Positions 23,272 through 37,200 of a stretch of DNA of 64,000 nucleotides are shown in pieces. Location: the NCBI GenBank assembly GCA_964016885.1, contig OZ024741.1, positions 39,184,001-39,248,000 of the forward strand, given 5' to 3'. Numbering within the stretch: the stretch's first letter is position 1; each line of letters starts with the position of its first letter. Made by a program: the position numbers and the translations under genes. Origin of the DNA: Eledone cirrhosa (Eukaryota). Under the pieces are notes generated by a model. The model worked only from the letters and a program-made list of their open reading frames with translations, was not told where the DNA came from and did no database searches.

Positions 23272-24406
23272 TGCCTCCTTCTCCCCCTCCCTCCTCAGTG
23301 GAACGTGTAACCACCAATACCGACGATCTAGTCTCAAGTGACGCGACAAAGCGTCGTTGTTAAAAAAAAATTAAATAAAACTCTTGATTTTTCTCTTTCA
23401 CTCATTCCCCCCTCTTACTCCTAACATCTGATATCGACTGGAAGAAGAAACATCGCCATTTTTTTTCTATTGTTGTTGGTCTTGTTGGTTTCCTGTTCAT
23501 ATTCTTGTTTCTTTTTCTGCAAATGTTACTGTCAGTGTTTATCTACCAATATTTAAATTGGAGCAGGGATTGTTGTTTTTGTTGTTGTTGTTGTTATTAT
23601 TTTTATTCAACTCTTAGAATAACCAAATTAATGTAAAAATTGTTCCACCGAATGTAAGGAAATTATCTTTATACAAAAAAGAAAAAAAATGATAAACAAA
23701 CATGCACAAATAATTAAAACATTAGAAACTATAAAGTTATCACATTTTACCGGAAAACCCCGAAAGACAAAACAAAAACAAAAAAATATCATTTTATTTA
23801 CAATACAAAATCTATCGGAAAATTTCAAGTTTTAAACTTGATAGTATCAAAATTTCATTTTATTTATCGAAAGAATAGGCCGGGTTTATACTTTTTCTCC
23901 CCACTGCACTCTTTCTTATCTCGGATGAGTTGTTTTTAAGTCGGTATGCCATCTTCTTCAACATCAAGTGGGATTATTACCTATTTTCCAGATTGTAAAC
24001 CTCAGACAGCTACAGTGATAGGCTTTTCCTTTTTGTTTGTTTTAAATATATTTACAAGCGTATTCTTGAGTATTCTTTTATTCTCTTATTCTTTTTACTG
24101 GCTTCACTTATTAGACTGCGGCCATGTTGGCGCACCACCTTAAAGAAATGTTGTCCTGCTACTTATTTATTTTAACGATCGCTTTTTGTCGAACCACAAA
24201 ATTACAGCAATAACACATACTCACACCCACATCCACACACTCACACACCCACACATCCACACACACACTCATATATATATATGTATATATATAATATTTG
24301 TAAATCGAACTTTAGCTGTAGTACACCATTTACTATTCTATTTGTTTGCGGCAATCACAAAGCACTCGGTGGATCGAAAGTTAAAAACAAACATTTTATA
24401 TTATCC

Positions 24407-24472
24407 TGATAAAATAAAGTACCAGTAATACACTGGGTAATTTCTGGCTTTGTGCTAAAAGTAGAAACAATT
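24407..24472 (+). mobile_element. Family A SINE 3' end with TSD
   Basis: TATATTATCCTGAT duplicated on both sides (about 24397-24410 / 24474-24487). Confidence 0.8.
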
Positions 24473-25039
24473 ATATATTATCCTGATCTGGATACAGCAT
24501 ATTTCTTCCAGAGAAGTTGAAAGTGTGAGAGAGTGAGTAAGCGAGAAAGAGATATGGAAGAAGAATCCATCCTAGTACTGAACCGGTACTTCTTGTACGG
24601 TATCGAAAAAATAAAAGGCAAAGTTGACCTCAGTGGGAATTGAACAGAGAGAAGAACACAGTAAAGTATTCCACCAGTCTTTTAACGGCTCTTCTAATTC
24701 ACCGCCTGAACGTGATAATAAAATTGTGTAATTTGACAGGATTTGATCTCAGAACGTTCAGCTACATAAATAGATATCACATGGCATTTCGTCCACCACT
24801 CTACCGATTCCATAAAACACGTAATAATATTTGTTTCTGACATGAATTAAAACCCCCAAATCTGTTAATGAGAATAGCTGAGTATATAGACCCCAGTACT
24901 TCACCGGTGCCTTATTGAATCGACTCCACTCTGTCCCCGATGGAATTTGAACTCAGAATCTAAACATAAATACATAAAAACTGTAAGTATTTCTACCCGA
25001 TGCTCTCCTGATTGTGCAACTATATTTATGAAAAGGCTG

Positions 25040-25580
25040 ATATTGATCTCCATCGGTAACAAAGTTGAATGCTTCAGTTGTTTGATCAACAGAATAGCCT
25101 GCTCGTGAATTAACGCACAAGTACATGATAATTGCAGACTTAATTCTCAGTTAAGATTCCACATGTCACAGTGTGTGACAGGGATAGTCCTTTGAATTAT
25201 AGATACAGTCCATCAGACAAGCTTCCAAACAGTTTTTGTCTACCAAATTTTCCTTCATATAAAAGTTGGATTGTCCCGAAGCTATGGTAAACAGCTCTTT
25301 CCCATGATGCCACGTAGTGACTTGAGGTCTTATTATTATAAGGTGGATTGGCAGTATCGGTAGAGGGTCGGACGCCATGCTTTGCAGCATAGAGTTATGG
25401 CCCTTTATGATCTGAGTTCAAATCTCGCCAGGGTTAACTTTGCCTTTCATCCTTACGGGGTCTATAAAATAAAGTACCAGTAATGCACTGGGATAATTGC
25501 TGGCCTTGTTTCAAAAGTAGAAACAATTATTATAAGACTTGAGGTCTCATTATTGCGAAACATGCCGCGTCCACCATAAA
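25040..25580 (-). mobile_element. Older tRNA-derived SINE (family B) interrupted by a family A SINE
   Basis: Minus strand ACTACGTGGCATCATGGGAAAG..TACCATAGCTTCGGG..TTTGGTAGAC.AAAACTG; homologues at 32330-32680 and about 60020-60320. Confidence 0.65.
25341..25533 (+). mobile_element. Family A SINE with 19-bp TSD
   Basis: GACTTGAGGTCTYATTATT at 25319-25337 and 25536-25554. Confidence 0.9.
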
Positions 25581-25744
25581 GATATGAATAAAAAGAATTC
25601 AATTCCGATAGCGATAAGGTCTTGCTAATAGAAGCACATAGTTACAAATTGTTTTGGGGGAGTGGTTAGTGTAATTTATTAAAAGCTGGCGCTTAATTCT
25701 TTCATTGATCCTAAAAGGATGATATTTAATTCGGCAGAATTCGA

Positions 25745-26570
25745 AACTATTCGTATTGTCACCTCTTCTGTTCATAATACTCACGAAGAAAATTGACCTG
25801 CGCAGCTGGACTGGAAGTGGTATCAAGACTTGCGAGTATAAGATCAGTCGACTAGAATTTGCAGACGACATGGTGTTACTTAACTCGACAGAAGATGACC
25901 TCCATCTTGCATTTGATAAGTTTGAAGCCGAATGCTACACGGCAGGAATAAAAATCAGTGCTGCGAAGACTGAGGTACTCGTCCTATCAGAGAAGACCGG
26001 GCAGCGCTCACTACTTCTGTGTGGAGTTCCACAGAAGCAGATAGAGAAGTTCTAGTATCTCTTGGTCGTGATGACGAGTGATGGAAAGTAGAAGGCTGAA
26101 TTAAGTGCAAGAATTGCAAGAGCTGGTGCAGTAATGCACCAGCTTCAGTTTTCGGTAATCAGAAGTAGGTATGTATGTGTAAAACCTAAACTCGCTATCT
26201 TCAATATTCGTGGCAACCTTTACCTACAGTCATGAATCTTGAGTAAGGCCCGAAGGAATAGGATCGCGCATACAAGCGGCTGAAATGGGGTTCCTCTGTA
26301 GGGTCTTCGGAGTAACATCATTCGATAAAATGCGTAGTTCGAAGATCAGAATGTCGCTCCTGGTAGAGTCGCTTCTTCTCCGGATTGAGAGATAACAGTT
26401 CCGATTCTACGAGCGTGTTGTTAGAATGTCTCAAGAAAGAACCTCTGGACAGATTTTACGGGAAAAACCAACCGGCTGGAGACCTAGGGGTAGATCCCCG
26501 AGCACAATGGCTGGATATCATCCATGGGCTCGGCTGGTCTCGCTTGGGGATCCAGCCGGATCAATTGGAA
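25745..26570 (+). mobile_element. RTE-clade LINE fragment (RT C-terminal half to ORF end), degraded
   Basis: LSPLLFII..LEFADDMVLL..FEAEC..AGIKISAAKTEVLV..IEKF*YL; later RPRGR and QWLDIIHGLGWSRLGIQP. Confidence 0.88.
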
Positions 26571-26694
26571 AGGAGGAGGTGGAGAAGAAGAAGAAGAGGA
26601 AGAAGGTAATGAAAGGGCACTACCTAAATCCACTCGACATTTATCTTCAACCCGCTACCAAACAATAAGATTTTCAAACAAAAAATACTTCATG

Positions 26695-27720
26695 TAAACA
26701 ACAACAAAGACAATGACAACCACAACAACAACAACAAAAACAACAATAAAATAATGATGACAACAAAAATATTGACAACATAATAAAAAAAATCAACTGC
26801 AGCAACCTCTGTAACAACTACAACACAAACTACAAAAACAATAGCAATTACAACAACAGCAACTATAACAACAACTCTATATACAACTACAACTACAACT
26901 ACAATAATAGCTACAACAATAACTACAACAACACTGAACTTCTACAACTACGACCATACCAACTACAACTGCAACATAATCTACAACAACAACCACAACT
27001 ACAATACGAGCAACTACAACTATAACAACTACAACTGCAACACAATCTACAACAACAACAACAACAACCATGACTACAATACGAGCAACTACAACTATAA
27101 CAACTACAACTGCAACACAATCTACAACAACAACAACCACAACTACAATACGAGCAACTACAACTATAACAACTACAACTGCAACACAATCTACAACAGC
27201 AACAACAACAACCATGACTACAATACGAGCAACTACAACTATAACAACTACAACTGCAACACAATCTACAACAGCAACAACAATAACCATGACTACAATA
27301 TGAATGACTACAACTATATCAACTACAACAATTACAACAATAACAGCTACATCAATAACTACAACAACAGCTTCAACTTCAACAACTACGACTATAGCAA
27401 CTACAATTGCAACACGATCTATTACAACAACAACAACTACAGCTACGACTACAACACGATCTACAACAACAACAACAACAACAGCAGCAACAACTGCAAC
27501 AGCTACGGCTACAATATAGCAACTACAATTGCAACACAATCTACTACAACAACAACTACAACAACAACAACAACAACAACAACTGCAACAGCTACGGGTG
27601 AAATACGAACTACTACACCTACAACTATACCAATTACAACAGATACAAAATATACAGCAACAACAACAACAACACTTACTCATATAGCCTCTAATACAAT
27701 AACAACACTAATAATTACAA
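26695..27720. repeat. (ACA/ACT)-derived minisatellite with ~66-75-bp units
   Basis: Repeated ACTACAATACGAGCAACTACAACTATAACAACTACAACTGCAACACAATCTACAAC. Confidence 0.85.
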
Positions 27721-28644
27721 CATCTGTAAGAACAAACTACAACAAAGACGAAATAATGAAAGTATCATCTCTCACAACAATAGCAAGAAAGAAGAAAATA
27801 TCAAGAAAAGTCTTATCTGAGACATTCCAGATGACATTCCACTTCTGATAAAACTCTTCATATATTATCTCAGTAATTTGCATATTCTTAATACTTTCTT
27901 GTCAATTGTTGTGTTGTGTGATGTGTATAGTGTTGTGTACTTTTCATGTTTTTTTCTTTATGTATGTATATTTCTTTGTGTTATATAATGTAGTAACGTA
28001 GAGTTCTTCCATTTTATAATATACTAGCAGAATGGCCCGTCGTTGCTCGGGATTCTAAACATAGATTGGCATGTTTATCCCTCCTTCCTGAAACAGTTTC
28101 ATCGTATGTTCACCAATTGATGCAGAAGTCCTAATAAAAAGTGAAGTCGCCTTCGGTAAATAGGCAAATAATTTTCCATTAAGATTTTTCAAAAGCATGT
28201 AATTGCGTTCCCTCTCTTTTTTGTTGTTGTTTTTGTTGCTGTTGGTGTGATAGCGGCCGTTGGTCGTACTACTAACACAGCCTCGTCCTTCCTTCAGTCA
28301 ATCGTGTATATCCCCTTCTGCCTCGTCGGCAGTGAGAACAATATTAGCTGTAGGGTTCTTATTTATTTGATATTTATTTATCCTTATCGAGCCTAGTGAA
28401 ATAAATATGTTTGTTTATATTTTGTTATTGTGCATGCAAAAATATCTGTACACGAATATATAATCTCCTTATAATATATAACCAGCAATTTCTCTGTCTG
28501 TCTGTCCGACAGTGGAAACACGTGCGCGCTTGCGAATGTTTTTTGCGCACGCGTAGAGAGAGAGTGAGAGAGTGAGAGTGAAAGAAAGAGACAGACTACA
28601 AGAGGGGGATAGCGGGAGGGAGAGAGGGGGAATTGAGGAGTGCT

Positions 28645-28915
28645 ACAGAAACATACATTTCTGTGTGTGTGTAATATATATATATATATACACACACAGA
28701 AATATATATATATACACACAGAAATATATATACATTTCTGTGTGTGTAATATATATATATATATACACACACACAGAAATATATATACATTTCTGTGTGT
28801 GTAATATATATATATATATACACACACAGAAATGGATATATATTTCTGTGTGTATATATATATATATATTACACACACAGAAATGTATATATATATACAC
28901 ACAGAAATATATATA
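28645..28915. repeat. Palindromic minisatellite (CACACAGAAAT..ATTTCTGTGTG with TA spacers); second patch at 29465-29575
   Basis: Alternating direct and inverted copies of an 11-13-bp motif. Confidence 0.85.
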
Positions 28916-29157
28916 CATCCCTTAGCTACTGTACTGTATCTGTTGCTATCTCTCTCTCTCTCCAGCTATCCCTCTCTTTTAGTCTGTCTGTTTCTCTCAC
29001 TCTCACTCTTTCTCTTTGTAACTCACTAACATTCCTCCCCTCTATCGCTGTGACGAATGGGGAGATGGAGGAGGAGGAGGTGGAGAGAGTCACTTCGTCA
29101 CTTCACCTCTGCCTTTCCTTCTCTCCCCTCTCACTCCCTCATTACGTACAGACATTA

Positions 29158-29350
29158 GGGCGGTGGATTGGCAGAATCTGTAGAGAGTCGGACACCATGC
29201 TTCATAGCATGGAGTTACGTCCCTTTACGGTCTGAGTTCAAATACCGGCGAGGTAAACTTTGCCTTTCATCCTCACGGGGTCGATAAAATAAAATACCAG
29301 TAATGTACTGAGTAATTGCTGGCCTTGTGCCAAAAGTAGAAACAATTATT
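29158..29350 (+). mobile_element. Family A SINE, full length
   Basis: GGCGGTGGATTGGCAG through GAAACAATTATT. Confidence 0.88.
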
Positions 29351-30359
29351 AGAAACATTGCTTCATTTTTACATATCTAAGCATTAGTAAAATAACTAAT
29401 AATTCAAAAGTAATTTTTCAATTCCAGTTGTTATGAACAGCAAAACATTAATAATAATTTTGTTCTAAGAAATATATATACATTTCTGTGTGTGTAATAT
29501 ATATATATATACACACAGAAATATATATACATTTCTGTGTGTGTAATATATATATATATACACACATACAGAAATATATGGGCATTTCTCTGTTTGTCCG
29601 TCTGTCTGTCTGTCTGTCTGTCCTTCCCTAACACTCAAATGTAGGTGCTACAGAAATATTACCTTCCTCTTCCTTTCTCCACTTTGGTACTACCAAGAGA
29701 AACACTGTCGCTATAGAAACATTACCTTCCCCTCTCCACTGACTTTGGTTACTGAGGCCGAGGGAATCGCTGGTTGCTATAGAGACACCTTGCACAAGCC
29801 AGAAGTAACCAGTTCGAGGTGGTTCTGACATGACACCATGCCAAGTCTACTTATAATATATAATGGGCATTTCTCTGTTTGTTTGTCTGTCTGTCCGTCT
29901 GTAAAAAATGCCAAGGAAACAAATAGACGCGGTTTCAAATCTCTATGCTTTTCAAATTCATTACATTAATCTTTATTTATACGTTTCGCTTTACGAGTGT
30001 TTCGACTTACGAGTGTTTCGGCTTACGAGTGTTTCGGCTTATCATTATATATAAACGTTTCTATTTCCATCGTTTTATCGTAAACGTTTATATATTTCCA
30101 TCGTTATATCATAACGTTTATGTATCATGACGTTTATATTTCCGTCACTAATCTCTTTTTCTCCTTTTTCGTTTTAACATATATTTATTTCAAAGATTTC
30201 ACCGTATAGATAACATATATATTTATACATGCATAAAAGACACACCGAGAGACGGTGAACATGTGGTGCCGAAAACATTTCTCATCCAAATCTCAACAAT
30301 ATCAGTATATACACTAGATTTGCTAGCAGAAAACCGCCCACCGGGTGGTTTTCTGCTAG

Positions 30360-31416
30360 TCTATATATATAAAACTGATGATGTCTGTCTGTGTGTGTAT
30401 GAGTTCGAATCCCTAAACCTCGAGAACCACCCAACCTACTGTTTTCACACTTTACACATGTAATACATCGGTTTAAGGGAGTGTTCTGAGCAAAAAATTT
30501 AAATTTCCCATACCCTACATTAGGCGATTTAGCGATCTCTCTCTATAATTCTCACTTTTCAGATAGATAGATACATATACGTCGCGCCCTTATAATATAT
30601 GTCTGTATGTCTGGATGTCTGCATTACGTCACTTCCTACAATTCCCTCTTCGTCCAGAACGCGTCCTTATAATATCTGTCTGTATGTCTGACTGTCTGCA
30701 TCGCACTCGGCGCGTCAATGTATGGCTGTTAAAGGGGCCGCAAATGCATTCTAATTCATTCTAAAGGCTACCAGTGGAAGCAACCGTAACACCCTCCCCC
30801 AAATTTAAGAGAACGCAGTCAAAGTCACTATTAAGGGCTACAAGTGAACGTTCACATGGCCCTTTTTAGGGCCACCACTTGAAATTGTTGATGGTTACCC
30901 CTCCTTACTGGAGTGTCAGTGAACGGCTTACAAGGCCCTTTTAAGGGCCCTTGAAACAACTGATGGCGACCCTTTCATTTAGGGCTGCCAGTGAACACGC
31001 ACACGCCTCGGGGCCCATTTTATTGCACCATTCCTTTTTAAATTCGTTAAATTATACCCACAGTTTGGTAAACGTTTGTCCAGTTGCGTTACTTACTAAG
31101 GTGCGGCAGACTCCTTCGAGAAGGCTCCACATGCTGTCCGATTGCACGTCATGTCTTGCTCAAGCATTGCAGACTTCCCTCTGACATAAATGGTGACGTC
31201 TGTTCTGCTGACTCATGCCACTTTACTAAAGTACAAAAGCACCAAGCCAATTTTCTCCACGTGGAAGGAGAAGAATACCTAATACTAATTGCATCAGAGC
31301 ATTCGGTTTATTTTCTTTACATATTGTCCAGGCATGCAGTTTTTCCACGATTAGGTCTGTTGGCGGCCCGCGTTACAAAATACCTTATCCCGTGCAACGC
31401 CGGGTACCACTGCTAG
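30360..31416 (+). mobile_element. Non-autonomous Helitron, apparently complete (~1.06 kb)
   Basis: Starts TCTATATATATAAAAC; ends with hairpin CCCGTGCAACGCCGGG (31389-31404) then CTAG (31413-31416); no TSD. Confidence 0.75.
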
Positions 31417-31954
31417 TCTATATATCTAAAACAGAGAATGTGTCTGTCTATCTGACTCCATAAAACTCGAGAACCACCGAACTGCTTGTTTTCAAACTTT
31501 ACATATGTAATACTTGTGGTCGTGTGAGTGTTTTGAGCAAAACATATTTCAAATTTTCAATGCCCTAGGGACCGCATTAGATAGGTATAACGTTGCGCCC
31601 TTATAATATCTGTCTGTATGTCTGGCTGTCTGCATTGCGACATTATGACACTATCTGTGTGTGTGTATATTCTGAAACTAAAAAAATCAATCTGTGAACG
31701 CAGAAGTAAATATTTCGAAAAACGTTACACACACACTATATATATATATATATATCCACATATATTTTTATTGTTTGACCCGAATTACTTGGTGTTTTTT
31801 TTTGGCTGTGCGGATGATTTGTTTAACCACCATCTCAGTGTGTTTGGCTCTTAACGTATGTTGTTGCTCTGGTTCATATGAATCATCGAGCGCTTGCCAT
31901 ACATCTCGGAAGTTGTTTTTCGTTAATTCCTGAGCTGAAATACGATTCTCGCTA

Positions 31955-32004
<50 letters not shown>

Positions 32005-32286
32005 TATATATATATATACACACACACACTATATGTACATATATATACACACACATACACAGATAGCGTCATAATGTTGTAATGCAGAGAGCCAGACATA
32101 CAAACATACAAATATTATATGGGCGCGACGTTCAGCACCTAATGCGGGCCCTAGGGCATTGATAATTTGAAATAATCTTTGCTCAAAATACTCACACGAC
32201 CATAAGTATTACATGTGTAAAGTTTGAAAACAATCGGTTGGGTGGTTCTCGAGTTTTAGGGACATTCTTTGTTTTATATATATAGA
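31417..32286. mobile_element. Two Helitron 5' segments in inverted orientation (31417-31668 plus, 32046-32286 minus)
   Basis: Both begin TCTATATAT.TAAAACA.AGAATG and share CTCGAGAACCACC, TTTTCAAACTTTACA.ATGTAATAC, ATGCCCTAGGG.CCGCATTAG. Confidence 0.75.
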
Positions 32287-32329
32287 TTGTGTCGTGTGCT
32301 ATTATTAGTATTACTGTCAATGACCACAG

Positions 32330-32680
32330 TGAAATAGTTAAGAAGTTCGCTTCGCAATCTTAAAGAGCGGGGTTCGATTTCACAGCGTGGCATCTTGGGC
32401 AAGAATTTTTACCATAGCCTCAGGTCAACACAAGACATAGGAGTGATAATTGCATGAACCGAAACTCTATGGAAATCAGTGAAAAGACTGTACCTGTAAT
32501 TCAGAGGGCTTACCTTGTCCCCAACTGTTTTATACTGGACCTCCTTCTGAGAAATACGTTATGCATTCATGTGTCTATGGAATTATGGAACACCTAACTC
32601 CGTATTCGTTAATTAACGAGCTAGACGTTCTGTTGGTAAAAACTGACTAGTCATCGTCATAACCGACGAGGGATCTGTCA
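32330..32680 (+). mobile_element. Family B tRNA-derived SINE
   Basis: AGTTAAGAAGTTCGCTTCGCAA..GGGTTCGATTTCACAGCGTGGCATCTTGGGCAAG..ACCATAGCCTCAGG. Confidence 0.65.
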
Positions 32681-32842
32681 CTATGATGATGTTTATGAAG
32701 ACAAACACCACCACCACTACCACAATCCATCTACATCATCATCATAATCATAATCATAATCATTGTCTTCGACACATTTTTATGTTGGTGTGTATTGTCT
32801 ATTGAGTCATGTTAATCTTATCTCACATTTTTATGTCACAGA

Positions 32843-32940
32843 TTAGCTTTGTCTTTCATCCTTACGGAGTCGATAAAATAAAGCACCAGTAATGCACTGG
32901 GGGTTATGTTGGCCTTATGCTTAAAGTAAAAACAATTATT
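32843..32940 (+). mobile_element. Family A SINE, 5' truncated
   Basis: Core plus tail; TTATGTCACA repeated on both sides. Confidence 0.75.
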
Positions 32941-32955
32941 GTGTTATGTCACATA

Positions 32956-33158
32956 TACGAGGGTCGACTGATAAATTCATAGGCTGACCAAGATACTCTC
33001 AGGGAATGACCAAATGAGGTTTATTTTTCATCAAACTCCCTGGAAAGAAACAAAAGCAGTTATTATTAAGACGAGATGAAATTTATGCATATAAGATTTC
33101 CCAGCTCTAACATCACTCCGTCATAGTTAGCCTAGCAACATTTCAACCCACTCTCGTA
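32956..33158. mobile_element. Mariner-derived MITE
   Basis: TACGAGGG...CTCTCGTA termini with TA; internal homology to 15830-16035 in reverse orientation. Confidence 0.65.
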
Positions 33159-34229
33159 TTTTATACCTCCATGATGTATATTCTGTAATTGTTGGTTAGC
33201 AATGTTAGCTATGTCTACCAGAGAGCTATGTTCAAAGACAGCCAATTGGCAGGGTTGCTAAAGTGTAGGAGAAAATGCACTATGGCATCTGTTCCGACTT
33301 TAAACACCCTGAGGTCAAATTCTATCGCAATCAAGTTTGTCTTTCATTTCCTTAGTGTCAATAAAATTGCGTCATAGACCAGGGCACTGGATTGGTGGAA
33401 CACCTTACGGTACTTGTTCCAGCTCCTTGCATTCTAGCATATAAAGACTCACTGTCTCTTATCTGAGAGGTAGAACTATTCTGTCATCTGGTTTAACACC
33501 CACCCAGCACGTGGCTCTTAAGGGCATTTAGAGGAGTTCACTCTGTTGAAGTATTCAAGCGAAGCCCCCCGATTTGAGCAAACATTCCTCTCTATTTCTC
33601 ACGAGACTCAGAAGTCCCTATAAGAGAGTGAGTCAGAGGCTCTACTCCTTTTCTCCCACATTAAACATTAAAGGCAAAATACACGTTTTTATTCCATTGT
33701 GTCTATAATTTGATCTGTATTTACCTTTTCTTTTGTTTTAATGTGTTGCTAAGTGTTACTGTTTTTAATTTCATGCATTAGCAATGTATTTGCTCCTCTT
33801 ATGTTTTCACTTGTAGCAAAAACATTTGATGTGTTTAGAGCTGTATGATTTTACTATAGTTTAATATTGATTTCCGATTTAAAAACTAGGTCAGCAAATT
33901 TGGTGAAGAGGCAAAGTTTACCAATCAACGCCTGTACTTTTCTGCTACTTAATTTTATCAAGCCTGGAAGGATGAAAAGTAAAGTTGATCTCGGCGGGAT
34001 TTGACATTAGAATACAAAAAGCCAGAAGAAATTATGCAACATTTTATCCAATGCTCTACCAATTACGTCAAAGCACTGCTTTTACGATTACAAACAATTT
34101 CTCTGCTTTTAAAGATTGCAAGCTCAACAACAACATTCAAAATAACAATCGCACCAACAGCCACTAAAGAGCGTTCACAACAACGATTCACAATAAAACA
34201 ACCACAGTAACAACACAACTATCAGCAAA

Positions 34230-37200
34230 AAACAACCACAAGCATCACAGCAATCACAACGAAACAAACAGAAGCATCACAGCAACCACAACAAAACAAC
34301 CACAACAGCATCACAGCAGTCACAACAAAACAACCACAACAGCTTCAAAGCAACCACAACAAAACAACCACAAAAGCATCACAGCAATCACAACAAAACA
34401 ACCACAATAGCATCACAACAACCACAACAAAACAAACACAACAGCATCACAGCAACCACAACACAACAGCCACAACAACATCACAGAAATCACAACAAAA
34501 CAACCACAACAGCATCACAAAAATCACAACAAAACAACCACAACAGTATCACAGCAACCACAACAAAACAACCACAACAGCATAACAGCAATCACAACAA
34601 AACAATCACAACAGCATCACAGCAATCACAACAAAACAACCACAACAGCATCACAACAACCACAACAAAAAAAAACACAACAGCATCGCAGCAACCACAA
34701 CAAAACAACCACAACAGCATCACAGCAACCACAACACAACAGCCACAACAGCATCACAGCAATCATAACACAACAGCCACAACAACATCACAGCAACCAC
34801 AACAAAACAACCACAACAGCATCACAGTAATCACAACACAACAGCCACAACAGCATCACAGCAATCACAACACAACAGCCACAACAACATCACAGCAACC
34901 AGAACACAACAGCCACAACAACATCACAGCAACCACAACACAACAACCACAACAGCATCACAGTAATCACAACACAACAGCCACAACAGCATCACGGCAA
35001 CCACAACACAACAGCCACAACAACATCACAGAAATCACAACAAAACAACCACAACAGCATCACAGCAACCACAACAAAACAACCACAACAGCATAACAGC
35101 AATCACAACAAAACAATCACAACAGCATCACAACAACCACAACAAAAAAAAACACAACAGCATCACAGCAATCACAACAAAACAACCACAACAACATCAC
35201 AGCAACCACAACAAAACAACCACAACAGCATCACAGTAATCACAACACAACAGCCACAACAGCATCACAGCAATCACAACACAACAGCCACAACAACATC
35301 ACAGCAACCACAACACAACAGCCACAACAACATCACAGCAACCACAACACAACAGCCACAACAGCATCACAGCAACCAGAACACAACAGCCACAACAACA
35401 TCACAGCAATCACAACACAACAGCCACAATAGCATCACAGTAATCACAACACAACAGCCACAACAACATCACAGCAACCAGAACACAACAGCCACAACAA
35501 CATCACAGCAATCACAACACAACAGCCACAACAGCATCACAGTAATCACAACACTACAGCCACAACAGCATCACAGCAACCACAACACAACAGCCACAAC
35601 AGCATCACAGTAATCAGAACACAGCAGCCACAACAACATCACAGCAACCAGAACAAAACAACCACAACAGCATCACAGCAACCACAACACAACAGCCACA
35701 ACAACATCACAGCAACCACAACAAAACAGCCACAACAGCATCACAGCAACCACAACACAACAGCCACAACAACATCACAGCAATCACAACACAACAACCA
35801 CAACAACATCACAGCAACCACAACACAACAGCCACAACAGCATCACAGCAATCACAATACAACAACCACAACAACATCACAGCAACCACAACATAACAAC
35901 CACAACAACATCACAGCAACCACAACACAACAGCCACAACAGCATCACTGCAACCACAACACAACAGCCACAACAACATCACAGCAACCACAACACAACA
36001 ACCACAACAGCATCACAGCAACCACAACACAACAGCCACAACAACATCACAGCAACCACAACACAACAGCCACAACAGCATCACAGCAGCCACAACACAA
36101 CAGCCACAACAGCATCACAGCAATCACAACACAACAACCACAACAAGATCACAGCAATCACAACAAAACAACCACAACAGCATCACAGCAACCACAACAA
36201 AACAACCACAACAGCATCACAGCAACCACAACACAACAGCCACAACAACATCACAGCTATCACAACAAAACAACCACAACAGCATCACAGCAACCACAAC
36301 ACAACAACCACAACAGCATCACAGCAAGCACAACAACACACTCACAACAGCAACCACAACACAACAGCCACAACAACATCACAGCAATCACAACAAAACA
36401 ACCACAACACTACAGCCACAACAGCATCACAGCAACCACACCACAACAGCCACAACAACATCACAGCAACCAGAACACAACAGCCACAACAACATCACAG
36501 CAATCACAACACAACAGCCACAACAACATCACAGCAATCACAACACAGCAGCCACAAATGCATCACAGTAATCACAACACAAGAACCACAACATCACAGC
36601 AATCACAACAAAACAACCACAACAGCATCACAGTAATCACAACACAACAGCCACAACAGCATCAAAGCAATCACAACACAACAGCCACAAATGCATCACA
36701 GTAATCACAACACAAGAACCACAACAACATCACAGCAATCACAACAAAACAACCACAACAGCATCACAGTAATCACAACACAACAGCCACAACAACATCA
36801 CAGCAATCACAACACAACAGCCACAACAGCATCACAGCAACCGCAACACAACAGCCACAACAGTATCACAGCAATCACAACACAACAGCCACAACAGCAT
36901 CACAGCAACCACAACACAACAGCCACAACAGCATCACAGCAACCACAACACAACAGCCACAACAGCATCACTGCAACCACAACAATCCAACCACAACAAC
37001 ATCACTGCAACCACAACACAACAGCCAGAACAGCATCACAGTAATCACAACAAAACAATCACAACAGCATCACAGCAATCACAACACAACAGCCACAACA
37101 GCATCACAGCAACCACAACACAACAGCCACAACAGCATCACAGCAACCACAACACAACAGCCACAACAGCATCACAGTAATCACAACACAACAGCCACAA

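Larger units (their letters stand above)
28020..30359. mobile_element. Cluster of Helitron-like termini and fragments
   Basis: Minus-strand 3' end ACTAGC..CCCGTCGTTGCTCGGG (28023-28051); 5'-end-like TCT.CTTATAATATATAA..CTGTCTGTC at 28464 and 29846; 3' end ..CGGGTGGTTTTCTGCTAG at 30359. Confidence 0.55.

Noticed and set aside
26877-27848. Cys-rich or Thr-rich protein
   Set aside because: Trinucleotide-derived minisatellite open in several frames; no splice or start context.
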